Notes: a model not told the origin generated them from the sequence alone. A stretch of 64,000 nucleotides of DNA from Nitrospirota bacterium (GCA_963721805.1 CAVRJY010000004.1:224001-288000); one strand, 5' to 3'. Numbered from the stretch's first letter, positions 1 to 9,866 are shown. Numbers and translations are program-made.

Positions 1-630
1 CGTGGGACCGGGGTCTCCGTTTCCGCCGGACGTGGGCGGCCAGAAAAGCGCGCCAGCACTGCCATTGGAACCTCCCGCACCAACGCCGACGATGCTTACT
101 CCTCCAGCACCGCCAGAGACAACTGGAGCTGTTGGGGGAGTCGAGGGGAGCGGGGTGGGTTGTGTTATTTGTTGCTGGAGGGTCGTATCCAACTCGTCAT
201 ATGTAAAGGTCGTTGTATAACCGAGGCTGGTGATAGTCGCTTGAAAGGTGCCCGCATTAATACTGTCGATGTAGAATGCGGTAGGAGGAGTGGCGTTGTT
301 ATAGAATGTTTGACCTGCTGTTTTCACAAGATAATCATAGCCGTCAGCCAATTTAACAAAAGAGACAGCTCCGCCGGTGCTGGCCGGATCATATATAAAA
401 CCGCTGACAGTAGTGTTCTGCAGAGTTATCGGATTGTAGACCGTTTCTCCAATAGTAGAGTTCCACAATGGAAGAGGCGCGGATTCGGCCCACGAGGCCA
501 TTGACATTGACAGGAACAATAAAATGAGAAACGCCTGCCATACAATCGAACCCGAACGACTCCGCGACGAGATACCGTCTGATCTGAAAAGCCTCCGCAG
601 AGCGGTCCCTGTGTTTTTTACCTCACTCAT
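1..630 (-). CDS. Secreted Gly/Thr/Pro-rich surface protein, possibly an autotransporter/adhesin passenger (runs off the window, 3' end missing)
   Basis: Absent from the ORF track. Manual translation from ATG 630 is open for 210 codons: MSEVKNTGTALRRLF...WQAFLILLFLSMSMASWA-ESAP (signal-peptide-like), ending ...VSGGAGGVSIVGVGAGGSNGSAGALFWPPTSGGNGDPGPT. GGGGGA SD-like sequence upstream. Confidence 0.75.
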   Translation of the reverse strand, partial: MSEVKNTGTALRRLFRSDGISSRSRSGSIVWQAFLILLFLSMSMASWAESAPLPLWNSTIGETVYNPITLQNTTVSGFIYDPASTGGAVSFVKLADGYDYLVKTAGQTFYNNATPPTAFYIDSINAGTFQATITSLGYTTTFTYDELDTTLQQQITQPTPLPSTPPTAPVVSGGAGGVSIVGVGAGGSNGSAGALFWPPTSGGNGDPGPT

Positions 631-1028
631 TTGATCCCCCTATATAATTTTGTCTCACCTGTGGGTGAGAATATTCCGCACGATAATCAGGCAGCTATTT
701 CGGTATCGCTACCATGAATCTGACGATAGCGGATTTAAGTAAAAGTATCTTCGTGGAGGTGTGGTTTGGAGATAATCCACTGCCTAATGAATATTCTATT
801 TGGCACTCCTGCCACAATAAGACGTAACTAGAATACTACTGAGCCAGTAGCTTAGCAATATCTATTTGTAATTATCAATATATCTAGAATACCCGAAATT
901 GATAATCGCGCCCTGCATTAGTCCGCCATTTCAAGGCGCGAACAAAATGCGGCTGAACGTCTCAACAAGTTCAATGTGAAGGTGGACGCAAGGGTGATAA
1001 AGACTCAATAGTCAGACTCAGCCAGCTC

Positions 1029-1103
1029 CTGACAGTTACAGTTTAGTGACAGTGATCGGATTTTCAGGTAGAGGGGGGTTGGGAGAAATCCTCCTAACCC
1101 CCT
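1029..1103. other. Putative integration-site (att) arm repeats and hairpin next to the tRNA 3' end
   Basis: Direct repeats AGTTACAGT (1034-1042) and AGTGACAGT (1045-1053), plus CTGACAGT. Imperfect hairpin at about 1072-1103 directly downstream of the tRNA CCA. Base composition shifts across the tRNA. Confidence 0.5.
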
Positions 1104-1111
1104 GATTTTAT

Positions 1112-1197
1112 TGGTGCCGGTGGTGGGAGTCGAACCCACACATGGTTGCCCATAGCGGATTTTGAGTCCGCCGCGTCTGCCATTCCACCACACCGGC
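1112..1197 (-). tRNA. tRNA-Leu(CAA)
   Basis: Reverse complement reads GCCGGTG TGGTGGAATGGCAGACGC GGCGGA CTCAAAA TCCGCT, long variable arm, GTGGG TTCGACT CCCAC CACCGGC ACCA. Anticodon CAA, CCA encoded. Confidence 0.97.
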
Positions 1198-1204
1198 TCG
1201 GTTG

Positions 1205-1234
1205 ATTCTAAAGGATGTTTTGCGCTGCGGTCAA
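1205..1234 (-). promoter_or_regulatory. Sigma70-type promoter for tRNA-Leu
   Basis: TTGACC-N18-TAGAAT, with the -10 box ending 7 nt before the mature tRNA 5' end. Confidence 0.6.
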
Positions 1235-1274
1235 ACCTGGCCCAAACAGCCGTAGCGGGCATCGCCGCGCACGG

Positions 1275-2393
1275 CTATCCTCGCCCCGCGCCTGAGAGCT
1301 CTATGATCAGGGATGAAAACGACTCCACCATACGCTCCATCGAGAGCCGCTCGACCGTCCGCCTCGCACGGGCGGCAAGCGCAGCCCGAAGGCCGGCGTC
1401 GCCAGCCGTGCGCGCGATCGCGGCGCGCAATGCAACAGCGTCGCCGGGCGGCACCAGCAGGCCCGAGACGCCGTCTTCTATGATCTCCGGGATGCCCGAG
1501 GCGCGCGTCGAGACGACGGCGGTGCCGACCGCCATCGCCTCCAGTATGACGTTGGGCAGGCCCTCATACAACGAGGGCAGGACGAGGAAATCGGAGGCCT
1601 TGATGTATTCGGCGGCGTTTCGCCTGTATCCGAGAAACTCGATCCCTCCGAAGCCCTGAAGGACGCCCTCCATGCTCCCATCCCCGATAGCGAGGAAACG
1701 GAAGGCCCGCCCCGGCATCTCCCGCAGCGCGGCCATGAGATATCCGATCCCCTTGCGCTCCTCGATCTTGCCCGCATAGATGCCGTATATCGCGTCGCCG
1801 TCGAGGCCGAGAGAGCGCCTGAGCTCCCTCTTTGGGGGGAGCGCGTCAAAGCGCCTGAGGTCGACGCCATTTTGGATCACGCGGATGCGTCCGGGTGCGG
1901 CATACCCACGCGAGCCGAACTCGCCGGCCACTATGCGCGAGTTCGTGACAACGAGCGAGCCGCGCCTGAAGGCCCTCTTGAATATGAACTTCTTGAGGGC
2001 TCCAAACCGCACCTCGTGGTTGAACATGTGCTCCAGCGAGCTGCGCTCCGAAAACAGGAGCCTGCCGTGCCCGGCCAGGAGCGCCGCTGCGGCCGTGAGC
2101 GTTATCGAGTAACTCAGCCACGACATTATGACTTGCGGCCTGAACGCCCGTATCTCGGCGTACAGCAGGCCGAGGGCCTTTGGCGTATCGCGGCGCATTT
2201 CCTCCCAGTGGCATACGACGTCGAGCCCGGCCGCGCGGGCATCGGCGAGCCTTTGGCCCCCGCCAGCCGTCAGAAACACCCGCAGCTCGAAGCGCTCGCG
2301 GTCGAGCCGCCTTACGAGTTCGAGGAACTGGTGTTCCGCGCCGCCGCCGCCCAGGTGGTCTATCACCGCCAGCAGCCTTACTTTTTTATCCAC
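1275..2393 (-). CDS. Glycosyltransferase, GT4-like
   Basis: N-terminal LGGGGAE; C-terminal VLPSLYEGLPNVILEAM (EX7E). Start set at GTG 2393, which overlaps the end of the amidotransferase gene (ORF track extends to 2441). Confidence 0.9.
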   Translation of the reverse strand: MDKKVRLLAVIDHLGGGGAEHQFLELVRRLDRERFELRVFLTAGGGQRLADARAAGLDVVCHWEEMRRDTPKALGLLYAEIRAFRPQVIMSWLSYSITLTAAAALLAGHGRLLFSERSSLEHMFNHEVRFGALKKFIFKRAFRRGSLVVTNSRIVAGEFGSRGYAAPGRIRVIQNGVDLRRFDALPPKRELRRSLGLDGDAIYGIYAGKIEERKGIGYLMAALREMPGRAFRFLAIGDGSMEGVLQGFGGIEFLGYRRNAAEYIKASDFLVLPSLYEGLPNVILEAMAVGTAVVSTRASGIPEIIEDGVSGLLVPPGDAVALRAAIARTAGDAGLRAALAARARRTVERLSMERMVESFSSLIIELSGAGRG

Positions 2394-4228
2394 GTCTCCC
2401 ACCACCTGAGGAAGAAGTACAGGCCGAAGAGCTTGTGCCATAAATAAGCTCGCCCGGAGCGCTGCGCCTCGGCGAGGCCCTGGATGTAGTCTCGGTTGAC
2501 GTAGGGCTGCGCCGGGAAATCCATCAGCCGCTCGGCGATGCGGGTCTTCCTTAAAAGCGCTCCCGGTATGTCAAAGCCCTTCTTGCGCTCGATGTCCAGC
2601 TCCGCGGGAAGGTGCCTGGCCGCAAGGCGCTTGAGGATATACTTCTTGATCCCGCCCCTGAGCTTGAGGCTGCCCGGGACCCTGCCGAACGCATACTCCA
2701 CGATCCGGTAGTCCAGCAGCGGGCAGCGGACCTCGAGTGAGTTCATCATGCTCGCCCTGTCGACTTTCACGAGGATGTCATCCACGAGCGAGGTCTTGAA
2801 GTCCGCGCGGCACATGCGCGTCACGAAATCCCCGCCCTTGCCCATCATCGACTCCCGATAGGCAGTGGGGGCCGCCAGGTCCATGGCCCTCAGGACGTCG
2901 CGGGTGAAAAGCCTCTGCCGTTGCTCGGGCTTGAAGATCTGCGTGGGGTACGTGAAGCAGGCGTCCTGCCCGCGCGCGATACCGGCCAGGGTGTTCTTGC
3001 CGAAGAACCCCTCGGGCATGGCGGACGACGCCAGCCCTGCGATCCCCTTAAGCGGCGGAAATGCAAGCCTCGCAAACCGCCTGGCGGTTGCGGCCGAGTG
3101 GTAGTGGATATAGCCCCCGAAGAGCTCGTCCCCCCCGTCGCCGGAGATCGCGACGGTAACGTGCCGCCGCGTCTCGCGTGAGAGGTAGTACGTCGGCAGG
3201 AGCGAGTTGTCGTATATCGGTTCGTCGAGCAGCGAGGAGATATGCTCGAGGTCGTCGTCAACCCTCGGCGTCACGACGATCTCGGTGTGGTCGGTCTGAA
3301 GCGCGCGCGCCACGATGGCGGCATACCGCCGCTCGTCGTCCGCGATCCCCTCAAACCCCACGCTGAACGTGCGGATGGTGCCGCTGTGGACGCGCCTCAT
3401 CAGCGCGACGACCAGGCTCGAATCCACCCCCCCGCTCAGAAACGCGCCGAGCGGGACGTCGGAGACAAGCCGCATCCTTACCGCATCGAGCAGCGCGCCT
3501 TCCAGATACTCGAGCGCCTCGGCCTCGGATACCGGCGCGCCCTGCGGCGGGAGGTCCCAGTAGGGACCGGCCTCAAGCCTCCCGGTACGGAGGTCGAACT
3601 CAAGGGCATGGCCGGCCGGGAGTTTCCTGACCCCCTCGGCCAGCGAGAGCTCCCCGGCAGCGTAACCCAGGGACATGTACTGGTTGAGCGCCGGGAGGCT
3701 TATCTCGCGGGGCGTGATCCCGGCCGAGAGTATCTGCTTGAGTTCGGACGCGAAGACAAACGCCCCGTTACGCGCGGCATAAAAAAGCGGCTTCTTGCCG
3801 GCGCGGTCGCGGGCCAGAAACAATCGCTCCTCCAGGGCGTCATAGATGCCGAAGGCGAACATCCCGTTTAGCCGGTCAAGCGCCTTTCGGCCGTGCCGGA
3901 CATATGCGGCGAGCAGGACCTCGGTGTCCGAGGACGACCTGAACACCTCGCCCTCGGCCTCGAGCGACCGCCTGATCTCCTGAAAATTGTATATCTCCCC
4001 GTTGAAGACTATGCGGTAGCGGCCCGAGGGGTCGGCCATCGGCTGGTGGCCGAGGGGGGAGAGATCGAGGATCGAAAGCCTGCGGTGTCCGAGCCCGGCG
4101 CGGCCCGAGGGCGATACGTATACGCCTTCGTCGTCCGGCCCGCGCCTGGCGATCAGGGCGAGGGCCTGCCCGACGAGGTCCTGCGTGACCTCGCCGCCGG
4201 GGCTCAGTATCCCGAATATGCCGCACAT
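2378..4228 (-). CDS. asnB: Asparagine synthase (glutamine-hydrolysing)-family amidotransferase, glycan-cluster type
   Basis: MCGIFG Ntn nucleophile, RGPD, HRRLSILDL, FNGEIYN, LSGGVDSS, SGDGGDE, KVDRASM, KKGF motifs. Confidence 0.93.
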   Translation of the reverse strand: MCGIFGILSPGGEVTQDLVGQALALIARRGPDDEGVYVSPSGRAGLGHRRLSILDLSPLGHQPMADPSGRYRIVFNGEIYNFQEIRRSLEAEGEVFRSSSDTEVLLAAYVRHGRKALDRLNGMFAFGIYDALEERLFLARDRAGKKPLFYAARNGAFVFASELKQILSAGITPREISLPALNQYMSLGYAAGELSLAEGVRKLPAGHALEFDLRTGRLEAGPYWDLPPQGAPVSEAEALEYLEGALLDAVRMRLVSDVPLGAFLSGGVDSSLVVALMRRVHSGTIRTFSVGFEGIADDERRYAAIVARALQTDHTEIVVTPRVDDDLEHISSLLDEPIYDNSLLPTYYLSRETRRHVTVAISGDGGDELFGGYIHYHSAATARRFARLAFPPLKGIAGLASSAMPEGFFGKNTLAGIARGQDACFTYPTQIFKPEQRQRLFTRDVLRAMDLAAPTAYRESMMGKGGDFVTRMCRADFKTSLVDDILVKVDRASMMNSLEVRCPLLDYRIVEYAFGRVPGSLKLRGGIKKYILKRLAARHLPAELDIERKKGFDIPGALLRKTRIAERLMDFPAQPYVNRDYIQGLAEAQRSGRAYLWHKLFGLYFFLRWWETWIKK

Positions 4229-4271
4229 GCCGTCAGTCGCGCGCCTGGCGCCCTGTCACACGAGATGGGGT

Positions 4272-4931
4272 TCATCCATCCTTCATTCCGATAAAGAAAT
4301 ATCCGCTTGCAAACAGACGGTTGTTCTTCCTTCTCCTGAGGATCACGTCGAAATACTTGACCCAGAAAAAAGCGAAACGCGCGATGACCCCGAGCCCCTC
4401 TGAAACATACCTGCTATCCGACTGTGCCCGGAAAAAATCTATGAGGGCCCAGGAGAGCCCCGAGCCGCTCCCCTGCAAACACCCGGAATCGATACGCCTG
4501 AGGCCCGGAAACAGGCGCATCAGCCCCTGCTCCGTGAACCTCCAGTAATCAGCCGGGTCGGGATGGTAGCCCTGCATAAACGGGGCTGCGATATATGCCT
4601 TGCCGCCGGGCTTCAGCACGCGGTGCATCTCGCGCGCCGCCAGCCAGGGGTCTTCTATATGCTCAAGGGTGCCGGTGCAGATCACGCAGTCCGCGCTCCC
4701 GTCCTTAAACGGAAGCTGGTGTATGTCGCCCACCACCTTGGTGTTGCCGGTCACGAACTTGTCGTACGAGACAACTTCCTGGTTTATAAAGCGGCCTCCG
4801 CTGCCGATGTCCAGTATCACGCCGCCGGCCGGCAGCGTGCCCAGAAATCCGTTGAGGTGCGCGTCGCGGGGGAGCGTGAGGTTCGGCATGAAGTGCCAGA
4901 TGCTGAAGCGGGTCCCTTTATAGTAAGGCAT
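4272..4931 (-). CDS. Class I SAM-dependent methyltransferase
   Basis: ILDIGSGG motif I, LPFKDGSAD, LEHI, RVLKPGG, HPDPADYWRFT. Confidence 0.88.
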   Translation of the reverse strand: MPYYKGTRFSIWHFMPNLTLPRDAHLNGFLGTLPAGGVILDIGSGGRFINQEVVSYDKFVTGNTKVVGDIHQLPFKDGSADCVICTGTLEHIEDPWLAAREMHRVLKPGGKAYIAAPFMQGYHPDPADYWRFTEQGLMRLFPGLRRIDSGCLQGSGSGLSWALIDFFRAQSDSRYVSEGLGVIARFAFFWVKYFDVILRRRKNNRLFASGYFFIGMKDG

Positions 4932-4949
4932 TTCGCATGCAACTCCAGT

Positions 4950-5132
4950 TCATATTATGTGCTCGGCCCGCTCGACGAGCATGACAGGGACGTCCCCTTC
5001 GACCGGAAACCACAGCGCGCAGGACTTGCAGACTATCCGCCCGGCGGCCTCCTGGTATTGCACCATGCCTTTGCATTTCGGGCATGCGAGGATCGCGAGT
5101 ATATCAGTCCTGACCGGCATCGTTGCCTCCAT
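4950..5132 (-). CDS. Trm112/YcaR-family protein
   Basis: LAILACPKCKG...CKSC...FPVEGDVPVML, 60 aa, AAGGGGG SD. Confidence 0.88.
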   Translation of the reverse strand: MEATMPVRTDILAILACPKCKGMVQYQEAAGRIVCKSCALWFPVEGDVPVMLVERAEHII

Positions 5133-5156
5133 TTCCCCCTTGGTGCGGCACCGGCC

Positions 5157-6098
5157 CTAGGGCTTTGCCGCCCTGAGCGCCAGGAGCCTCGGAGGGATAT
5201 ATATATCTTTCAGCCCCCGGTCCCTGCACCACTGGAACACCTCCGGGTAGCTGTGCTTCCAGGCGAATTTCGGAGAGTACCAGTCGAACGTATCGAGCCA
5301 CCTCCACTCGGCGTTCGGGTGCAGGCTGAACATGAAAAACTTAAACAGCGGCACCCTCAAAAAACGCGGCAGATGATACAGCGGTACGGGCAGCCACGAG
5401 AGATAATACACGAGCCGCTCGGGCATATGCGCGGTGAATTTTCTGATCATATCGCTTGGGAACTGGGAGAGCCTGAAGTACTCGGCATAGAGCCATACGG
5501 CTATCTCGCCGCCGGGCTTCAGCAGGGGCACCAGGCTGTCGAAGGCCTGCCGGGTGTCGGGCGTATGGTGCAGGACGCCGATCGAGAATATCGCGTCGAA
5601 GACCTCCGGCTTAAACGGCAGCGAGAATATGTCCGCCTGCACTATCTGGACGTTCGGCCTCTCGCCGATATTCAGATAGGCCGCGTCTACGGCGGTCGAA
5701 AGGTCTATGCCCACCACCGTGGCGCCCCAGCGCGAAGCGACTTCCGAGAACCGCCCGGAGCCTATCCCCACGTCGAGCACGAGCTTCCCCTTCAGGGCGT
5801 CAGGCGTCCATCCGGTGGAGTCTTGAAACGTGTCCTCGGACTCCGTCGTCCCGTTGAATATGTCCAGCTGCACCGTCCTGAACCGGTTCCATTCGAAGCT
5901 GAAATTCCCGACGTACTTGTCCGACGAGACGAACCTGGGGATGTGGTTTTCGATGCTGTAGGAATGCCCCTGGGCGCAAAGCAGCTCGCCGCGCTCGATG
6001 CTCTGTGAGGGGTCGGCGGGCGGGGCGCCCGCGAGCCTGAGGGCGGCTCCGCACGCGGGGCACTGAACTATATCAAGGAATGACAGTCTCACGGGCAT
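5157..6098 (-). CDS. SAM methyltransferase with N-terminal Trm112-like Zn-binding domain
   Basis: CPACG...C.QGHSY.I..HIPRF N-terminus; VLDVGIGSG; GVLHHTPD; LKPGG; DTFDWYSP. Confidence 0.88.
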   Translation of the reverse strand: MPVRLSFLDIVQCPACGAALRLAGAPPADPSQSIERGELLCAQGHSYSIENHIPRFVSSDKYVGNFSFEWNRFRTVQLDIFNGTTESEDTFQDSTGWTPDALKGKLVLDVGIGSGRFSEVASRWGATVVGIDLSTAVDAAYLNIGERPNVQIVQADIFSLPFKPEVFDAIFSIGVLHHTPDTRQAFDSLVPLLKPGGEIAVWLYAEYFRLSQFPSDMIRKFTAHMPERLVYYLSWLPVPLYHLPRFLRVPLFKFFMFSLHPNAEWRWLDTFDWYSPKFAWKHSYPEVFQWCRDRGLKDIYIPPRLLALRAAKP

Positions 6099-6204
6099 TC
6101 CCTACGGATATTACGCACCAGGTCAGCATATCGCTTATTATTCACTACAGGGCGCGCAAAAGTCCATGCGGCGCTGCGCTGCGGGCCCTCAGGGTTCAGC
6201 GCGC

Positions 6205-7389
6205 TCAGCCCTTCTCACCGTCGCGGCAAAGGGATTCTATCATTGATTCATACTGTCTGAGGATTTCCGGAGCCGAGAAACGCTCGACCGAGGCGCGGGC
6301 GTTGCGCACAAGTTCCGCCCTGAGCCCGGAGTCGCCGAGCACCATGCGCAGCGCACCGGCCATGCCTTCGGCGTCCCCCATCCGGACGAGCATGCCGGTT
6401 CGGCCGTGCTCTATGATCTCGGACGGCCCGGAGGGGCAGTCGGTCGATATGACCGGGGTGAGGCAGGCCATGGCCTCGACCAGCACGTTGGGGAACCCCT
6501 CGAAGTCCGAAGGCAGCACGAACGCCCGAGCCCGAGCCATGTAGCGGTAAGGGTTTGGCTCGTACCCGGCGAACCTGACGCTTTCGGCGATGCCCATTTC
6601 CATGGCCATGGCCCTCAGGGACGCCTCCTCCTCCCCGGTGCCGAGGATCAGGAGATCGAGGCCGAACTCGTCCCTTACGGCGCGGAAAGCCCTCAGAAGC
6701 AGGGGGATATTCTTCTGCCGGGTAAGGCGGCCGGCGAACATGATATACGGCCTCGCATAATCGGCCGGCTCGTCCATCCGGGCCTCGATGCCGGCGATGT
6801 CCACCGGGTTATATATGAACGAGGTCGCCGCGTTGCGGACCCCCATGCGGAAAAGGTCGTCCGCCACTCCGCCGCAGACCGCGATTATGCGGTCTGCGCG
6901 GCGGTAAAGCCACTGCGTCAGGAAGATGCAGGCCATGCGCTTCATGCGGTTTCTTCCGCACATGGCATCGAGCTTGGACGAGAGGTTGATCCTCTCGCTG
7001 ACCGCAACCCTGTACCCGCCGGGGGAGCCACCGCGGCCCATCAAGGCGACTATATTGGGCTCCCAAAGAAAGCTTACAACCGCCTGCGGGGCTATGGAAT
7101 GCGTGATTTCCCTGTAACGCGAAACCATGGGCAGGAGTTCCCGGCTCAGCTCGTGCCCCGTTATGCCCAGCTCGTATACCGGGACGTCGCCCGGGACCTC
7201 CCCGAGCAGGTCCCCCTCGCGCCGGAACAGGAGCAGGTGGGGCTCGAACCGCTTGCGGTCGAGCCGCTTGAGGATAGTCAGCAGCACCCGCTCCGCCCCG
7301 CCGCCGCGCAGCGCGCTTATGAAAAAAAGGACCTTACACACGCCGAAACCCGAGGCCGACGGGCTCACAGACCGGGTATCGCAGCGCAT
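6205..7389 (-). CDS. Glycosyltransferase, GT4-like
   Basis: LRGGGAERV; FAGRLTRQK; VLPSDFEGFPNVLVEAM; TDCPSGPSEI. Exact start uncertain. Confidence 0.9.
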   Translation of the reverse strand: MRCDTRSVSPSASGFGVCKVLFFISALRGGGAERVLLTILKRLDRKRFEPHLLLFRREGDLLGEVPGDVPVYELGITGHELSRELLPMVSRYREITHSIAPQAVVSFLWEPNIVALMGRGGSPGGYRVAVSERINLSSKLDAMCGRNRMKRMACIFLTQWLYRRADRIIAVCGGVADDLFRMGVRNAATSFIYNPVDIAGIEARMDEPADYARPYIMFAGRLTRQKNIPLLLRAFRAVRDEFGLDLLILGTGEEEASLRAMAMEMGIAESVRFAGYEPNPYRYMARARAFVLPSDFEGFPNVLVEAMACLTPVISTDCPSGPSEIIEHGRTGMLVRMGDAEGMAGALRMVLGDSGLRAELVRNARASVERFSAPEILRQYESMIESLCRDGEKG

Positions 7390-7687
7390 CGCTTGGATTC
7401 ATGCACTATGATAACCGATTTTGTGCGCGGCGATACCGCCGAGGGCTGATCAATGCGCAGATGCAGCACAAATCATTGACACGCTCAGCAGGGGCTATGT
7501 ATTATGTATAATGATGAAGTCAGCCATATGGACTCAGTAATCATCAAGGTCGGATCTTCTTCAATCCGTTACATCTAAAACGATCCATGCCCATAAAATT
7601 TGATTGCATAGCCGTCAGCGCCGGAGCTGCGATATCCGGGCAATCGGCCTGTCTGCACCGTCAGGGCGCAGCGGCCGCCGGGCGCGC

Positions 7688-8896
7688 TTGAGCAGGATTT
7701 TATATATAGCGTCGGACTTTTATCCTTCAACCGGAGGGTATGCCAACGGCTGCACCTCATTCGTGCTCTCGCTGATGGAAAAAACCGGTGTCTCGGTCGA
7801 CGTCATCACCTTCGCGCCGCTCTCGAACGCTGAAGAGTTAAATTATGAGCGGCTCTCGGTCTCGAGGATCCGCCTGCCGTGGCCATTGGGCGGCCTCAAG
7901 CCTTTTTCATTCGACCTGCTGCTTGCGTATCATATCCTCCGCCAGGCCGGGCGGAAACGCTATGACGCCATTTTCTTCGAGACCGCCGAGTACCCCCTCG
8001 CGGGGCTCCTGACCGCCTACCTCGTCAAAGACAGGCCGCGGGTAATGGTTCGCATTCACGCGTGCAGCGAAACGGAATGGGTCCTGTTCAGGCAGCAGTA
8101 CCTGTATCTGGCAAAAAAATGGCCGACGATATTGTTCTTCAGGAAAGTCCGGTTCATCCTCTCAACGACATCATATTATATCGACTTCGCCAGACATCAT
8201 TTTTTCAACGACAACGCGCTCCTGATAGCGTCGAAGCACTATTTCGTCCTGCCCAACATAGTCCGGCAACGGCCGGATCGCGGCCCGGCCCCCGGCCCCG
8301 GCATCGAACCGCTGTTCGAGCCCGGAGACAACATAGTCTTTTTTACGTTGGGGAGGATGGATTTTTTCGGCGAATTGCAGAAAAATTTCATAAGGCTCTT
8401 CATCGGCCTTTCCCTGTTGAAAGACAAGCCTTACTTCGCCAGGATAGTCCTCGCTATTGTCGGAACCGGAGAGATGAGGGGATACTACGAGGGCCTTGCG
8501 GAACGCCTCGGCATCAAATCCGCGGTCAGGTTCCATGACTATCTCTCAAACGGTGCGTTCAACGACCTGCAGAGGAGGTGCCATGGCGTCATCCTGGCCT
8601 CGACGTTCGAGGGCATGTCGATGTTTGCGCTCGAGGGGATGGCAAACGGCGCCCCGCTGCTGTTCTCCTCAAGCGGCGGCCTGAGCGAGCTTGTCGACGA
8701 CCGGAAAAACGGCATACTCTTCGACCCGTTTGACGTCGACGACATAGCGGAGAAACTGGATTATTACATAACGGACATGTTGCCGGATATCGAATCGGTC
8801 CGCGCGAATTCGCGGAATAAATATGAACGGTGCTTTTCGGCGGACCTTACGGCCGGCAGGTTTTTGAAGATCCTCGACATCATAGAGAAGATATAA
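7688..8896 (+). CDS. Glycosyltransferase, GT4-like (divergent)
   Basis: RILYIASDFYPSTGG N-terminus; STFEGMSMFALEGM (EX7E); GGLSELV..NGILF. TTG 7688 chosen as start (ORF track 7604). Confidence 0.85.
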   Translation: MSRILYIASDFYPSTGGYANGCTSFVLSLMEKTGVSVDVITFAPLSNAEELNYERLSVSRIRLPWPLGGLKPFSFDLLLAYHILRQAGRKRYDAIFFETAEYPLAGLLTAYLVKDRPRVMVRIHACSETEWVLFRQQYLYLAKKWPTILFFRKVRFILSTTSYYIDFARHHFFNDNALLIASKHYFVLPNIVRQRPDRGPAPGPGIEPLFEPGDNIVFFTLGRMDFFGELQKNFIRLFIGLSLLKDKPYFARIVLAIVGTGEMRGYYEGLAERLGIKSAVRFHDYLSNGAFNDLQRRCHGVILASTFEGMSMFALEGMANGAPLLFSSSGGLSELVDDRKNGILFDPFDVDDIAEKLDYYITDMLPDIESVRANSRNKYERCFSADLTAGRFLKILDIIEKI

Positions 8897-9035
8897 CCCG
8901 CGAAGCTCCGTGCGCTTGATCTGTTAAAATGATCGGTGGACAGCTCACTGGCCGGACCGCCCGGCCTTGCGCGACGAAGCCCGCGGCCGCGGCCATATGC
9001 GCCGGCTGGGACGTCATGGAGGACTTTTTTAGACA

Positions 9036-9866
9036 GTGAGCGACGGGCAGGGAGATAAGCGTTTCGCCTTTGGCGAGAACTGGCAACGGTTCTTGAGCGT
9101 GCTTGACGACGGCCGGATTGCTGAGGCCGAGGCGTCGATAAAAGACATGCTCGGCGTAGGCACGCTCGAAGGCAAAAGCTTCCTCGATATCGGAAACGGA
9201 AGCGGCCTGTTCTCGCTTGCGGCCAGGCGGCTGGGGGCGCGCGTGCGCTCCTTCGATTACGACGCGCACTCCGTGGCCTGTGCGCTGGAGCTGAAGCGGC
9301 GGTACTTCCCTTCCGACGGCAACTGGAAGATCGAGCAGGGCTCGGTACTGGATGCCGGTTACATGAAGTCCCTCGGGCAGTACGACATCGTTTACTCCTG
9401 GGGCGTGCTGCATCACACGGGCTCCATGTGGCGCGCGCTCAAAAACGCGGGCGATGCGGTAAGCCCCGGCGGGAAGCTCTTCATATCCATATATAACGAC
9501 CAGGGCTCCCGCTCCGTGCTGTGGACCCGCGTGAAGCGCCTGTACTGCTCGGGGCGCATCGGCCGGGCGGTCGTGCTGGGGGCGTGCATCCCATACATCG
9601 TCGGGGTCGAGTTCGTGAAGGACGGCCTCCGCCTGCGAAACCCTCTGAAGCGTTACAGCGAATACAGAAAGAACCGCGGGATGTCCGCGTTGCACGACCT
9701 GGTCGACTGGCTCGGGGGCTATCCCTTCGAGGTGGCGAAGCCGGAGGAGATATTCGAGTTCTACCGCGGGCGGGGCTTCAGCCTAGACAGGCTCAAAACC
9801 TGCGGAGGGACATTCGGCTGCAACGAATTCGTCATGACAAGGTCAGCCGGCCCTCCGGCTTCCTGA
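9036..9866 (+). CDS. Class I SAM-dependent methyltransferase (UbiG-like, glycan-cluster type)
   Basis: RFAFGENW, FLDIGNGSGLFS, YSWGVLHHTG, DWLGGYPFE. GTG start after GGAGG. Confidence 0.88.
   Translation: MSDGQGDKRFAFGENWQRFLSVLDDGRIAEAEASIKDMLGVGTLEGKSFLDIGNGSGLFSLAARRLGARVRSFDYDAHSVACALELKRRYFPSDGNWKIEQGSVLDAGYMKSLGQYDIVYSWGVLHHTGSMWRALKNAGDAVSPGGKLFISIYNDQGSRSVLWTRVKRLYCSGRIGRAVVLGACIPYIVGVEFVKDGLRLRNPLKRYSEYRKNRGMSALHDLVDWLGGYPFEVAKPEEIFEFYRGRGFSLDRLKTCGGTFGCNEFVMTRSAGPPAS

Noticed and set aside
2..504. Plus-strand track ORFs 2..220 and 160..504
   Set aside because: Antisense shadows of the minus-strand secreted protein gene, which has an SD and a signal peptide.
640..910. Possible c-di-GMP riboswitch in the leader of the secreted protein gene (ATGGTAGCGATACCGAA on the minus strand, plus small hairpins)
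   Set aside because: Only a loose likeness to the 3' part; the GGCAAA/GNRA P1 stem and GCAAAG junction are not present.
1005..1262. 85-aa track ORF
   Set aside because: It spans the tRNA-Leu gene and its promoter, so it is spurious.
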